Source: a virus | Taxonomy: Duplodnaviria; Caudoviricetes | IMG/VR virus record: IMGVR_UViG_3300042542_005523 | DNA length: 64,000 nt | Strand: one strand, 5' to 3' | In this document: in pieces, positions 10,547 to 21,532 of the stretch | Numbering within the stretch: the first letter of the stretch is position 1 | How the letters are laid out: each line of letters begins with the position of its first letter | Program-made: the position numbers and the translations under genes | The notes under the pieces: model-generated | What the model saw: the letters and a program-made list of their open reading frames with translations, nothing else | Database searches by the model: none | What the model was told of the DNA's origin: nothing

Positions 10547-13500
10547 ATGGCATTTCAAAAGTTATACGACTACAACACCTCATTCTCTTTAATGAGAACA
10601 AATCCCGTTTTATCGGGAAATGTAAAAATCACTGTTGATTCAGATGGAGGGGTTTGGCTGAATTCGATTAATGCGGATACCTCTTTAAGTACTGATACTT
10701 TTAAAAAGTATAATGTTACCGGAGAAAAAACATACGCACAGGATCTTTTTCAATTCTTTAACCCTAGCCTAATATCTAGAAGCATTGTTTTTAAGGTTGG
10801 TCAATTGACAAACGGTGAGAATCAATCCACTAATAACTATGCAGGGCAATATGATTTTTTATATTCTGCTGGTTCTCAAACACTTATAGATAAAAATTAT
10901 CCGGAAGACTTCTCTTATTTTGCACCACTTTGGGTAAAGAGTGAGATACCTGATTTCTTTGTTATATTCAAAGTACCTGGACCTCTTTCCTATACATATT
11001 CACAGAATCAGACTGTTATCAATTCTGGTGTGAAGTATAAGGTGGTTAAGAATTACGATCAGGATAATTTTGTGGTCAGATACGGAGTAGACGGAAGTGG
11101 AAATCCAGTTTATTATCAAAGTGGAGATTTTTTCACTGGTCTAAACTCTCTAACATCGTATAGCATTTTTTCAGGAAGCGGATCTGTTGTTATATTCGAT
11201 GAACTCTATAACATTAATAATGTAGATGATGTACAGACTTATTTTACCGATAAAATATTACCAAATTCCGGCGTAATAAAAACTTTCGATCTTAGGTCTG
11301 GTACAAGAATAGGTAACTATATCAGAGGTATATTTTCGGACATTGGGGAATCGTATTCACCAGTGAACATTAATCTAGGGGATGGCGGATTTACCTACTT
11401 CAATGGTATATCTGTAAATTCTGGAGTTTACACACAAGCGGGTGAATTGACCTGGGATTATTTCACAAGCTCTGATTCAACTGTACAAATCGACTTGGAA
11501 AGATTTATCACGGAAGGATTTTCTAGAAATGGGATAATTTGTCCTAGCCTTTTAAATCTTGAATTCCTTTTTGATGATCCTGAAGCAGTTGACTACGATA
11601 TCAATAGATATTACGGAGCCTATGTTTCTAGAAACGACACTGGTGAATTTATACTAAATGGTGAATTTCTTTATCAATTTAGAAATTCAGAGGGTAATCA
11701 AAATTACCCGATACCTAGCAGAAACGCATTCGGTTACTATTACGATAACACATCGTACCCTGTAGCTGCTACAGCAGGTGTTAGATTATATTATGAGGGA
11801 GCAAGTGGATTCCTTCCTGGATCAAATGACACTAATTCGATTAGCTCTTTGAAGTTATTCTATGTAACCGATAAGAATGACAACTTCTACTCACTTAAGA
11901 GAATTGATAACTGGGATAATTCAGTAACTGCAAGTTCTCCTTATGGTTACGGCCCTTATGATCCTTCTACAGAATTCTTTAGTGCTACTGGATCTACCGG
12001 ATGCACTGCAGGAACTTTTGTTTTACAGAACACATCAGTGGATCTTTTAAACTTCACAGGTATAGAGAATCAAGCTGTGAGTGCCAATGGATTTATAGCC
12101 GGTAAAAACGGAAACCCTTATTTCAACATAGAATTCCTACAACCTTGGAATATCCCAAGCAAAGATATTGTGATCAAGGTATATTGGCCACAGGGATCTA
12201 GATCGGAGGGAGCGGAGAGATTTGATATAATTAGAAGTGGTGATTTTTCTGCTACGATAGTTTGGGTAGCTGGTAGCACATATAGTAGCGGGAACGACTA
12301 TTATTTTAACGCATCTGCAGGTACTACCGGTGACATAGCTAATTCTTTTTCAACTTCAGTTTATGAAGTTTCCGAATTGGTGTGGGATTCTGGTACAGTT
12401 GAATCTAGCTCTATAATTAGAGTTAAAAATGCTAACGATATAGGCAATTCCACCTATTACATATCGGTCTTCGATGACTATGACTATTTTGAATCAAAAT
12501 ATCAATGGATGTGGTCACCGTCTAGCGCATATTCTATTGGTGACATTGTAAGATATGGCAGCCAATATTACCAGGCACTTTCAAACGTTACCGCTTCCCC
12601 TTCCTCATCCAATCAAAATCCTGATGATTTAGAGGGAACTACTTGGGAAAAATATTATTCATTTTCTAATAGCGGATACCTTAATATTAAAGACGAAGAC
12701 GCAGCCTTAGTTTCCGGAGTTAAGTATTTTCAAGGTGGTACAGATAAGCCGCTAGTTAGGGTATCCTTTGACGATGATATTTTAAATATTGTCAGAATAG
12801 GTAACTTCATACAAACCAAGCAGGGATTCTCCAGAATACAGGAGGTTGGTAGATATGTTGACGATCCGATATATGATACAAACACCAAACTTGTTACTGG
12901 ATTTAATGACTATAGTCTATTTAGAACTGCTGTTATTGCTGACCCGTATGAACAAATAGTTCTAGGCTCTGATTCGAAGTTCAATGTATTTGAACCCTAT
13001 ATTTTAAAAACTGGCGTATTTACATTTTTTGATTTCAAGGATTTTGATTTCGATTTTTGGTCATCTGTATATGGTATAAATCCAAATTACGAGACGTTCC
13101 GATATTTCCAACTTTTACCCGATACGGAAGGAGAAATAGTAGCTGATATACCTTATTATGTAAAGAACGGATCCGTCTATTATAACGGCATTCTTTATAA
13201 TGGAACTAACACCTTCACCGGTGTTAGCGGTGCTTCTAGTTTTACAAATAATAATACATCAACGATAATTCCTGTTGTTTATCCTCTTGAGTTTTCCAAT
13301 GCTTTATATGAGACATATAGTACAGATACTGGATATGAAAAAAATCTAAACAGCTTCCAGGGGTTCATTGGTATCAGATCGATAGAGCAAACTAATTTAC
13401 AGCCAAATAATGCAACAAAAGAGCAGCAATTTAATTACGGATTGCTTGCTAGCGAGTACTCTTATTTACAGGAGAATTACACGATTGAAAGAGCTAATTT

Positions 13501-16048
13501 ATCTAGAATAGTTCCTTTCATAAATAAATGGGGATATAAAAACGGTACTGATTCTAGAGGTCACCAATATAGATTAAATCTTAGTCCTTCTTTTTCTCCA
13601 AGTAACTTTTCACCTACGTTCCAGAATTTCTATCCTGACCCTAAGTATTTGACTCACGAATGGTTCCTTCTGGAAAATGTACCAAGGGAATTTCCTGTAG
13701 AATTTATGAAGGATCAACAAAGTTATATGGCTGGACCTATAGATCTTGGTTCAGCTGTAGATACAACACCTAATTCTTCTGATTATTTGCCGTCTTACTT
13801 TACAGTAACACCTGAGGATTATCCATCTGAATATCAAGATTTGACAGATCAGACAAAGGAGCTATTTACAGAGTTTACCTACAACGAGGGTAACGGTTAT
13901 TATGAAACTATCTTTAGAGGAGCAAAAGTTGTATTAAAGAAAAGATCTGATTTCAAAGCTGATATCCAAGGAAACGATGTTAATCTTTATGTCGATGGAT
14001 ATAGAGGATATGAGGGATATAGATATGCTTCTCTGCTAAGAGTAATCCCGGAGAATTCCACTACAATACAAACTCCCGTATCATACAGATTCATAGAAAA
14101 CAACACCCAGAAGTTTATAATTATGCTGATTGATGTTGTGATGAATGACTATAAGCTACAACCATTGGGATATACCGGGGGAACTGGCGGATCACCTATA
14201 GCTGACTATACCCTCCTTTATACTCTGAGCGACAAGAACGAGCTTGCTTCATCTTTTGTTAACGGACAGCCTTTATATACTATTGCGGATACAAAACTAA
14301 GTGCAGCTTTAAATCTATCTAATGCATCAGGCAGTGTTGTTAATACTTCAACAAATCCCGGAAGGATAGTGATAACACCAAATCCCAGCTACGATACAGA
14401 TTTAAGAGAGGAGGTTAATCTAACGTACCCAAATAGCGCTTCAGCTTCGGGATTGAGTTATCAAGGACCAGGAAGTTTCTCCGTACCTGATATAGGAACT
14501 CAGTACCCTTGGGCAACTGGAGTTGGCGAGAGATTTTTAGAATTTGGACCAGTGGGACAAAATGGCAATTATTATTTTACCATACCTTTCTCATTTTCAA
14601 GTCCTGTTACCGTTCCTGTCGGTACTAGCAGTATCTATAGAAACAAGCCTGTTTTTCAAGTGGAAGGTGGACAAAATTATTTTGATTTCATAGCAAAAAG
14701 AACTTCTTTTTCTTATGTTGCTGATAAAGTAAATGCTCTTAATTCCTATGTTACCTACGAATCCTACTTTTATAACGATTCCACATCAGCATCCTCTGTA
14801 AAACCGGATGATTTTTCTATCTACTTCGAGGATCCAGCTGAACTGTATAAAATTGCAGAATCCAGACCTGTTAAAGTTTATTCGTCTACTGCTGCTAGCT
14901 TTAGACCCGGATTGATACCAGGAAGAGGTCCACAGACTGAATCTGTGAGACAAGCTAATTCTTACGATATACAGGTTTTACCAGCAGGTGTTCCGTCTCA
15001 ACTTCTTAGGCATTCTGGAAAATACGAGCCCATGTTTAGGAAGACGATATTCTTCCAGTCTGATAAGGACGATACCATACCTAACACGGGAATAAATTTA
15101 TCATTTAGAAACTGTACATTTTCTCCTCAAACACTCGATTTTGGATTAATAAGAAATCTGAATTACACAAAGGTATCTGAAAACAATATTCTACAGGCTA
15201 GCGAGAAATTGCCAGCAGGTCCAAGATACCCACTCGTTGGTCAAACACCTATTGCTAGAAAAGATTTTAACGTTTTCCAGTCCTCGTGGGATGCTGGATA
15301 TTACAACAAGTACACTTCGGCTACTGTGGAAACACCAGTTGCTGGTACTAGGTCCATGATTGAGCAAAAAAGCTTTCTTGGAAGTAAGATGATGAAGACC
15401 CCAAAGAATATCATTATAGACAATCAGATAGTTCTTCAGCTGAGTAATACCGCCGGGACTAGCGACGTTAGCACTATAAACACAGATGCTTTCAATTCAT
15501 TAATCACCATACAGAATATAACGACTTCTAATTCGGCATCAGGTATAGGTGTACTTCTACCCTATAATACATCTATTCCTATTCAGTCACTGAATGTTAA
15601 TATATTTCCTAATGTTGAGATATTCTGGCAAAAACCAAACGCCACAACTATAACAGGTGTAATTAGATTGGATAGAATGCTAAGAAGATATCTAATGAAT
15701 GATGGCGTAGGAAACGTTTTCTTGGATAACATTATATCTGAATTTGGGGTAGGTGATCCTGCTTCTATACAGGATGATATACTGTCTTATCTTGAATTGA
15801 ATATAGCACCTGTATATGAAGGATCTGTATTACTTGTCTATGCTAAAAAGACAGCAACGGGTACGCAGGATCCAAAATACCAGGTTAGAGGTGATATAGC
15901 TGCATCAGAAAGATTAAGAAATGGATATTTGCCAGATAAGAACTTAATTCTAACGAAGGTTAATAATTTAGTTTATAATTTCACATATAAACTGGAGCCC
16001 AATTTTAATTACCAGATTATATTCAGATTTAATATAGATAAAATTTAA
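10547..16048 (+). CDS. Very large baseplate/tail protein with an internal CBM5/12-like module
   Basis: 1833 aa, aromatic/acidic-rich; WSPSSAYSIGDIVRYGSQYYQAL...TWE at 12512-12649 resembles carbohydrate-binding module 5/12. Confidence 0.6.
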   Translation: MAFQKLYDYNTSFSLMRTNPVLSGNVKITVDSDGGVWLNSINADTSLSTDTFKKYNVTGEKTYAQDLFQFFNPSLISRSIVFKVGQLTNGENQSTNNYAGQYDFLYSAGSQTLIDKNYPEDFSYFAPLWVKSEIPDFFVIFKVPGPLSYTYSQNQTVINSGVKYKVVKNYDQDNFVVRYGVDGSGNPVYYQSGDFFTGLNSLTSYSIFSGSGSVVIFDELYNINNVDDVQTYFTDKILPNSGVIKTFDLRSGTRIGNYIRGIFSDIGESYSPVNINLGDGGFTYFNGISVNSGVYTQAGELTWDYFTSSDSTVQIDLERFITEGFSRNGIICPSLLNLEFLFDDPEAVDYDINRYYGAYVSRNDTGEFILNGEFLYQFRNSEGNQNYPIPSRNAFGYYYDNTSYPVAATAGVRLYYEGASGFLPGSNDTNSISSLKLFYVTDKNDNFYSLKRIDNWDNSVTASSPYGYGPYDPSTEFFSATGSTGCTAGTFVLQNTSVDLLNFTGIENQAVSANGFIAGKNGNPYFNIEFLQPWNIPSKDIVIKVYWPQGSRSEGAERFDIIRSGDFSATIVWVAGSTYSSGNDYYFNASAGTTGDIANSFSTSVYEVSELVWDSGTVESSSIIRVKNANDIGNSTYYISVFDDYDYFESKYQWMWSPSSAYSIGDIVRYGSQYYQALSNVTASPSSSNQNPDDLEGTTWEKYYSFSNSGYLNIKDEDAALVSGVKYFQGGTDKPLVRVSFDDDILNIVRIGNFIQTKQGFSRIQEVGRYVDDPIYDTNTKLVTGFNDYSLFRTAVIADPYEQIVLGSDSKFNVFEPYILKTGVFTFFDFKDFDFDFWSSVYGINPNYETFRYFQLLPDTEGEIVADIPYYVKNGSVYYNGILYNGTNTFTGVSGASSFTNNNTSTIIPVVYPLEFSNALYETYSTDTGYEKNLNSFQGFIGIRSIEQTNLQPNNATKEQQFNYGLLASEYSYLQENYTIERANLSRIVPFINKWGYKNGTDSRGHQYRLNLSPSFSPSNFSPTFQNFYPDPKYLTHEWFLLENVPREFPVEFMKDQQSYMAGPIDLGSAVDTTPNSSDYLPSYFTVTPEDYPSEYQDLTDQTKELFTEFTYNEGNGYYETIFRGAKVVLKKRSDFKADIQGNDVNLYVDGYRGYEGYRYASLLRVIPENSTTIQTPVSYRFIENNTQKFIIMLIDVVMNDYKLQPLGYTGGTGGSPIADYTLLYTLSDKNELASSFVNGQPLYTIADTKLSAALNLSNASGSVVNTSTNPGRIVITPNPSYDTDLREEVNLTYPNSASASGLSYQGPGSFSVPDIGTQYPWATGVGERFLEFGPVGQNGNYYFTIPFSFSSPVTVPVGTSSIYRNKPVFQVEGGQNYFDFIAKRTSFSYVADKVNALNSYVTYESYFYNDSTSASSVKPDDFSIYFEDPAELYKIAESRPVKVYSSTAASFRPGLIPGRGPQTESVRQANSYDIQVLPAGVPSQLLRHSGKYEPMFRKTIFFQSDKDDTIPNTGINLSFRNCTFSPQTLDFGLIRNLNYTKVSENNILQASEKLPAGPRYPLVGQTPIARKDFNVFQSSWDAGYYNKYTSATVETPVAGTRSMIEQKSFLGSKMMKTPKNIIIDNQIVLQLSNTAGTSDVSTINTDAFNSLITIQNITTSNSASGIGVLLPYNTSIPIQSLNVNIFPNVEIFWQKPNATTITGVIRLDRMLRRYLMNDGVGNVFLDNIISEFGVGDPASIQDDILSYLELNIAPVYEGSVLLVYAKKTATGTQDPKYQVRGDIAASERLRNGYLPDKNLILTKVNNLVYNFTYKLEPNFNYQIIFRFNIDKI

Positions 16049-16053
16049 TAGGA

Positions 16054-17244
16054 ATGTCTAGACTAAATTTACAAACTTTCTATCCCGCGGACCCACAGGC
16101 TGATTTGGTCAATAAGCTGAATCAGAATTTTAATCAGATGTCTAATGCCATGGGAGGCACTCTAGGTGATCAAGGACCTACGGGGGAAAGAGGAACTATA
16201 GGACATGCTGGACCGGCTGGTTCAACAGGAGAAACCGGAAGAAGAGGAAGCAGATGGTTCGTACAGGTCTCTGGCCCAACCGGGCTAGATGTGAACACTG
16301 GAGATTTTTGGATGGATGCAAACGCAGATTGTTATATCTACGGAGCTACTGGATGGAATTACATCGCCAGTCTAGAAAGAGATCAGGACTTATTTAAGAA
16401 TATAACTGGTGTTGTTGGACCTAGTGGTCAAAGCTATGGTATAGCTGTGGCTTTAAATCAGGGGGATCTACAGGATTTTGCATTTGTTGTTGCAGATGAT
16501 AATCCGGAGCAAGCCGGTAACTTAAATCCACAGGGTGCTAAATTCGTTGTGTCCACTAACACTGATATAGATTCCGACTACCTCCTGGAATTCAGCAGGG
16601 CTGATCTAGATACAGCTGGATCAACTGGTGCAACGTCAGACTTCGTTAAGCATCCATTTTTCTCGTGGGGTGATAGTCTGAATTTAGATTCAATCGTTCC
16701 TTATGGGCCATATAAGATTGATTTTGGAGGTGGTGCTACAGGATACATGAGCATAAATGCTTCCAATCAGATTAAGTTTGAATCCCTGGCTAGCTCAATA
16801 ACTCTAGCAAATCAAAATATGACGGCGGGCGGAAACGTTATACTCAATGCACCAGCGGGTAATTTATTATCTGCAGGAACTACTAATATTCTGATCACCC
16901 CATCATACGCTGACTTTGGAAACGACCTTTCGGGAGGGATAAAATTTAATTTTAATTTTTATCCAAGCGTAGCAACGAACAATGGATATTTCAACATCAC
17001 TAAAAATGCCGGAGATTCTATCTCTACGCAACCTTATACACAGATACCTTTCCGTGTTACTAGGCTTTTTAACTACGATACCTCCCTGAATGCAACAGTT
17101 GGAGTTAATTTAGCTAAGTTTTCTTCTGGGCAATCCGGTACCGTTTTGGAAATTAGAGCAAATGGTAAAGTTTATACGAAAAAAACTTCGGAAAAGTACT
17201 ATAATAATACTAACAGTCCAGTCTTTACTTGGACTACCCCTTAA
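16054..17244 (+). CDS. Tail fibre-like protein with collagen (Gly-X-Y) repeat, paralogue 1
   Basis: N-terminal DLVNKLNQNF anchor, GDQGPTGERGTIGHAGPAGSTGETGRRG repeat, then W...GDFWMD...W module. Confidence 0.7.
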   Translation: MSRLNLQTFYPADPQADLVNKLNQNFNQMSNAMGGTLGDQGPTGERGTIGHAGPAGSTGETGRRGSRWFVQVSGPTGLDVNTGDFWMDANADCYIYGATGWNYIASLERDQDLFKNITGVVGPSGQSYGIAVALNQGDLQDFAFVVADDNPEQAGNLNPQGAKFVVSTNTDIDSDYLLEFSRADLDTAGSTGATSDFVKHPFFSWGDSLNLDSIVPYGPYKIDFGGGATGYMSINASNQIKFESLASSITLANQNMTAGGNVILNAPAGNLLSAGTTNILITPSYADFGNDLSGGIKFNFNFYPSVATNNGYFNITKNAGDSISTQPYTQIPFRVTRLFNYDTSLNATVGVNLAKFSSGQSGTVLEIRANGKVYTKKTSEKYYNNTNSPVFTWTTP

Positions 17245-17260
17245 ATATTTGATTTAGAAT

Positions 17261-17785
17261 ATGCCAGTTACACCTCAGTTAGAAAATAAAATAAATTGGT
17301 ACGAAATACCATATTTTGATTTAATAGATTCTAGAACTATCTTTATAGATCCATCTTATGGTGCTGTTGGAACAGACAGCACTGCTACAGCTGAGGCTAA
17401 TGGGGCTTATCTGGGCATTGGATTTAATTTGGATAATTATATTTCAATAGACGCTATACCAAAGAGCGAGGCTGTTAAGCTGAGAATAATATGTGATAGA
17501 CCTATACCCAGTTCTTCCACGCCTTCACTTAGTGGTTTTTCTTTTATAGGATTTTGGAGCGGTGCAACTAGACCCCAGACACTAAACTCTGATTATTTTA
17601 TATTTGGTGCTACCACTTCTAATCTTAACGTATGCTCCCAGATAGAGGTTACTGTTTTCGGATCAAATACAACTACAACAGCAAGCACACAGCCAGGAGC
17701 AACTGCTTACCCTTGGGTTTTCTGGGAGGCTTATAGTTATAACGGAAAGGGCGGATGGAGTGGAAATTTTGTGCTAGCCCCTTAA
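17261..17785 (+). CDS. Hypothetical fibre-associated protein
   Basis: 174 aa; resembles the C-terminal domains of the neighbouring fibre proteins. Confidence 0.45.
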   Translation: MPVTPQLENKINWYEIPYFDLIDSRTIFIDPSYGAVGTDSTATAEANGAYLGIGFNLDNYISIDAIPKSEAVKLRIICDRPIPSSSTPSLSGFSFIGFWSGATRPQTLNSDYFIFGATTSNLNVCSQIEVTVFGSNTTTTASTQPGATAYPWVFWEAYSYNGKGGWSGNFVLAP

Positions 17786-17803
17786 TGAGCAATATATAGA
17801 TAG

Positions 17804-19486
17804 ATGATAGATTTAAGGCTTTTAAACATACAGGAAGGAGATTCTCAAGCAGACATTGCCAATAAGCTGAATTATAATTTTAATCAGATTATAAATGCTG
17901 GGGACGGAGCGTACGGGTCAGTTGGAATACCAGGAGCAGTTGGATCTTATGGTGCAACTGGTATCACAGGTCCTGCTGGATTCCAGGGACAAAGGGGTAA
18001 TTTTTGGTTTGTTCAGGAAACTGGACCAACTGCTGGTGTAACCGGAGGTGATTATTGGGTTGATTTAGCTAGTGACTGCGAGGTTTTTGAATGGATAGAA
18101 TCGGATGGCACATATAGCTGGGTCAGTCAGGGATTTTTACTGTCCCAGAGCGGTGTTTTTGAAATCGCAGCTTCTACTACAGGCCTTACATCAGGTTATC
18201 CCACACAGGCCTATGTGATAGCTTTACCGTCGCCATTTGAAAAAACATTAGTTCTTTCAGGAGCTTCTGGTCCTAATGTTAAAAATCCACAGCTTTCTAA
18301 GGTAATGCTAGAAACAGGTGGAACAAGTGGATTTCCTCTTCTGGAGTTTTCCAAATATGATTACCAAAGCAATTCCCCTTTTAATTCTCTAACACCTAAA
18401 ATAAAGTGGTACACTACAAATACAGGTAGCTCCGATGCATATGGATTGAATTTTGAGGCAAGAGGTGGACTTGGATTTAATGTTGCAAACTTTAATGGCG
18501 TCGCATATAACGATGTCAGATTCACTGATGGAAGTATAGTATCTGGAATAACCGGAGCATTCTCTAGTGATCTTAACTATTATGCAGCAACTGGCGATTT
18601 TAGAATTGGCACCACGCTATCCATAAAGTCGGTAAATGCTGTGTGGAATAATGTTGGATTTACCGGACCCGTTTCTTTTTCAGCGACAACTGGGGTTGAT
18701 AGAATAAATTCTGGTAGAAACACTCTAATGGTTCAGAATGGAATAACTTATAATAGGACTACCTCTTATACCACTGGTCAAAATCTATTAAGTGTCAAAT
18801 ACACTGGATCGTCTTCGTATTCTGAATATGGACCTTATCTAGCAAGTCCAAATAATTTTTATCTGGCTGATTCGGACGGTAACAATAAATTTGCTAAAAA
18901 AACTAGTGGCTATTTCCCAAATCCTAAAACTGCATCCGGTAGTAATAATACGAGTTTCTATGTCTGGAATGGAAAAATTACAGGATCACAGGACGTTTAC
19001 ACAGTGGGAGCAGCAATAAGTACAACAACAAATTCTGATTTAATGCGTCACCAGATTGGTGAATTTTTTCATCCTGATATATCCGGAGCTTCAGTGGGGA
19101 ACCAAGCACTTGCCATATTTGTACCAAATCAAACCAGTAATAAAACTGGATATGGATATCTAGTTGACAATAACCAATCTATGACATTTAGAGTTAATAC
19201 AACATCTAGTGGGTATGGATTTAACACTGTTATATTGGACTCAGCATCCAATAATCCCGCAGCATTTTTCAACTTCACTGCTTATTCTAACGTGAAAAAT
19301 GCCGTTTTACTGGGCGATCTTGTAACAGGCGGGGATGAAAACACATACGCGGACCAATTTGAATTTAGTATAGTTAAAATGGGGACCGAACTAAAAGTAT
19401 ACTTCAAAGCTTGGGGAGGGAATTTAAAAAATTACACTACCAACGACAGCGCTATTGTTTGCGGGTGTGTGTCCACAACTTCATAA
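17804..19486 (+). CDS. Tail fibre-like protein with collagen repeat, paralogue 2
   Basis: DIANKLNYNF anchor, GSVGIPGAVGSYGATGITGPAGFQGQRG repeat, GDYWVD module. Confidence 0.7.
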   Translation: MIDLRLLNIQEGDSQADIANKLNYNFNQIINAGDGAYGSVGIPGAVGSYGATGITGPAGFQGQRGNFWFVQETGPTAGVTGGDYWVDLASDCEVFEWIESDGTYSWVSQGFLLSQSGVFEIAASTTGLTSGYPTQAYVIALPSPFEKTLVLSGASGPNVKNPQLSKVMLETGGTSGFPLLEFSKYDYQSNSPFNSLTPKIKWYTTNTGSSDAYGLNFEARGGLGFNVANFNGVAYNDVRFTDGSIVSGITGAFSSDLNYYAATGDFRIGTTLSIKSVNAVWNNVGFTGPVSFSATTGVDRINSGRNTLMVQNGITYNRTTSYTTGQNLLSVKYTGSSSYSEYGPYLASPNNFYLADSDGNNKFAKKTSGYFPNPKTASGSNNTSFYVWNGKITGSQDVYTVGAAISTTTNSDLMRHQIGEFFHPDISGASVGNQALAIFVPNQTSNKTGYGYLVDNNQSMTFRVNTTSSGYGFNTVILDSASNNPAAFFNFTAYSNVKNAVLLGDLVTGGDENTYADQFEFSIVKMGTELKVYFKAWGGNLKNYTTNDSAIVCGCVSTTS

Positions 19487-19494
19487 AAAATAAA

Positions 19495-21219
19495 ATGAGA
19501 TTTAGTAATAAGCAAATATTCACAGGAGACACTAAGGATCTCATAGTAGACAAGATAAACGAGAACTTTTCTCAGATTATTTCCTTTTCTACAGGACCAC
19601 AAGGAAGATCTGGCTTAATAGGTCCAACCGGATATCCGGGTGGAGCTGGTCAACTTGGTGCTACCGGTGTAAGTGGACAGAGAGCATCCGATTGGACTCT
19701 TAGTGTTATGCCACCTTCTAATCCTAATGAATATGACCAATGGATAGATCAGGGTGTAACCGGTAATGGTGACATCTATCAATATGATGGATCTAACTGG
19801 CAAAGTACAGGAATATCCTTAATAGAATCACAGTTCTTTAAAGTTAAAAATGATATCCCTACTTTTTCAGCCCCAACCGAATATTCGGCGATCTATTTTA
19901 CAGATCCTGATCAGAATACAAAGTCTTTGGTTATTTCGGACGGCGAGAACTCATCTAGCTACATAAATCCTAACTATTCAAAGCTTTTGGTGAGTACGAA
20001 TGATCAGGTAGCTACTCCTATTTTTTCTTTCCGCAAATCCAACAGCTCATCTACTTCACAGCCATCTTTTTACTGGGCTCAAACTGGGAATAATCCTAGG
20101 GTAAATTTCAATAGTAATTATGATTTAAATATATTGTCTAATAGCGGATCTCTACTAATCTATCCGCAGTATTCAGGATACGCTAACATGTCTGCTCAGC
20201 GAGCATATTTTAATGCTTATAATGATATTACGATGTCATCTGTTACTTTCTCTTCTACCGGAAGTCTACAAATACAGACCAATAATTATCAGCTCACAAG
20301 CAGCCAATTAAATGCATCAATGGAAACGTATGTGTACGGAGCTGTAAACATAGAGCCTGCAGCTTCTGTAGCGAGCAGAAAAGAGGGTGTAGTTATAAGC
20401 AGGGGAGCGACTTCTAGTAATGCGATATCTAGCTTCTATACAACACAATCTCAATCGGAGATTCAGAATCCGCCTTCTTCAGTATGGAGACAGGTTTTCA
20501 GTATTGAACAATCAACTGCTATACTGGATGAGGTCGATCCGATAACAGATGTTACATACAGGGATGTTAGATCCAGAGCAGTATTTGGAGCCACTGGTGA
20601 TGGCTACACCTCTTATAATATATGGACATCCGGTGTTCCAACAGGACCTACAGGACCTTTCTCCTATCATGTTGTAGGTAACACCTCGATTGCAGCTCAG
20701 TCTGGAATTTTTTATATCTCGTCTAAAATAATACCAGCAAATTTAAGATATTTCGCTGACGTTTCTTCCGTTTCTAATTTCTATACTGATACCATAACTT
20801 TCACTTTACCTACTTCGTGGCTAGGTGGAAATTCGGTTTATGTAAAAATACCAAGGACTGTAACAAATCCGCAGCAGACTGAGGGATATCCCCTATACGG
20901 TGCATCCTATGTTAACGAATTCAGAATATTCCTTGACTATGGCAGTTTTACAAACGTTAACCGAAAGATAGTCGGTGTAGTATGGGATCAATTAACAAAC
21001 ATATCTGGAACGACACAGGCTACATATCAGCAGCAATTTGTTACTTTTGGAACACCCTGCTATTACTTTGATATAATGTATCATTATAACAATAACAATC
21101 AGGTTATGGCTTACGTGAAAACCTGCTCCGGACAAAGTTATCCTTTAAGAATAACAAACTACACATCAAAAGTTACGATTCTTTCTGGTGAACCAGCAGC
21201 TCTATTAAGCTTCCCTTAA
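19495..21219 (+). CDS. Tail fibre-like protein with collagen repeat, paralogue 3
   Basis: Likely start is ATG 19495 (MRFSNKQIF), after the upstream stop. IVDKINENF anchor, GPQGRSGLIGPTGYPGGAGQLGATGVSGQR repeat, DQWID module. Confidence 0.7.
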   Translation: MRFSNKQIFTGDTKDLIVDKINENFSQIISFSTGPQGRSGLIGPTGYPGGAGQLGATGVSGQRASDWTLSVMPPSNPNEYDQWIDQGVTGNGDIYQYDGSNWQSTGISLIESQFFKVKNDIPTFSAPTEYSAIYFTDPDQNTKSLVISDGENSSSYINPNYSKLLVSTNDQVATPIFSFRKSNSSSTSQPSFYWAQTGNNPRVNFNSNYDLNILSNSGSLLIYPQYSGYANMSAQRAYFNAYNDITMSSVTFSSTGSLQIQTNNYQLTSSQLNASMETYVYGAVNIEPAASVASRKEGVVISRGATSSNAISSFYTTQSQSEIQNPPSSVWRQVFSIEQSTAILDEVDPITDVTYRDVRSRAVFGATGDGYTSYNIWTSGVPTGPTGPFSYHVVGNTSIAAQSGIFYISSKIIPANLRYFADVSSVSNFYTDTITFTLPTSWLGGNSVYVKIPRTVTNPQQTEGYPLYGASYVNEFRIFLDYGSFTNVNRKIVGVVWDQLTNISGTTQATYQQQFVTFGTPCYYFDIMYHYNNNNQVMAYVKTCSGQSYPLRITNYTSKVTILSGEPAALLSFP

Positions 21220-21253
21220 TATAAAATGTGATACTTTTAAACTGTAGATAAAT

Positions 21254-21532
21254 ATGATTGATTTAACAAAAGATGAAAGAGATTATGTGCTTGATCTATC
21301 TAGAACCTATAAGAAATTGCATTCCGAAATAGGAGAGATAGAGAAAATGATGAAGGATTTCTCAGAAAAAACTGAGATACTTATTAGGGATTTAGAGGGA
21401 AAAAGATCAGAGGAATTAAATTTTCTGGATCAGCTTTCTGAAAAATACGGGAAGGGACAAATTGACATTTTCACTTTGAAATGGAAAAAAATAGAAGAAA
21501 ATGAAAAATCTGAAGCAAGTTATCAGGGATAA
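21254..21532 (+). CDS. Small coiled-coil hypothetical protein
   Basis: 92 aa heptad-rich ORF directly after the fibre genes; possibly a fibre assembly chaperone (inference). Confidence 0.5.
   Translation: MIDLTKDERDYVLDLSRTYKKLHSEIGEIEKMMKDFSEKTEILIRDLEGKRSEELNFLDQLSEKYGKGQIDIFTLKWKKIEENEKSEASYQG

Noticed and set aside
19411-19494. Extended N-terminus of the third fibre ORF (and similar extensions at 29938, 27505, 2966, 41228)
   Set aside because: The extensions mostly overlap upstream genes or terminators; downstream ATGs match the homologous domain starts.
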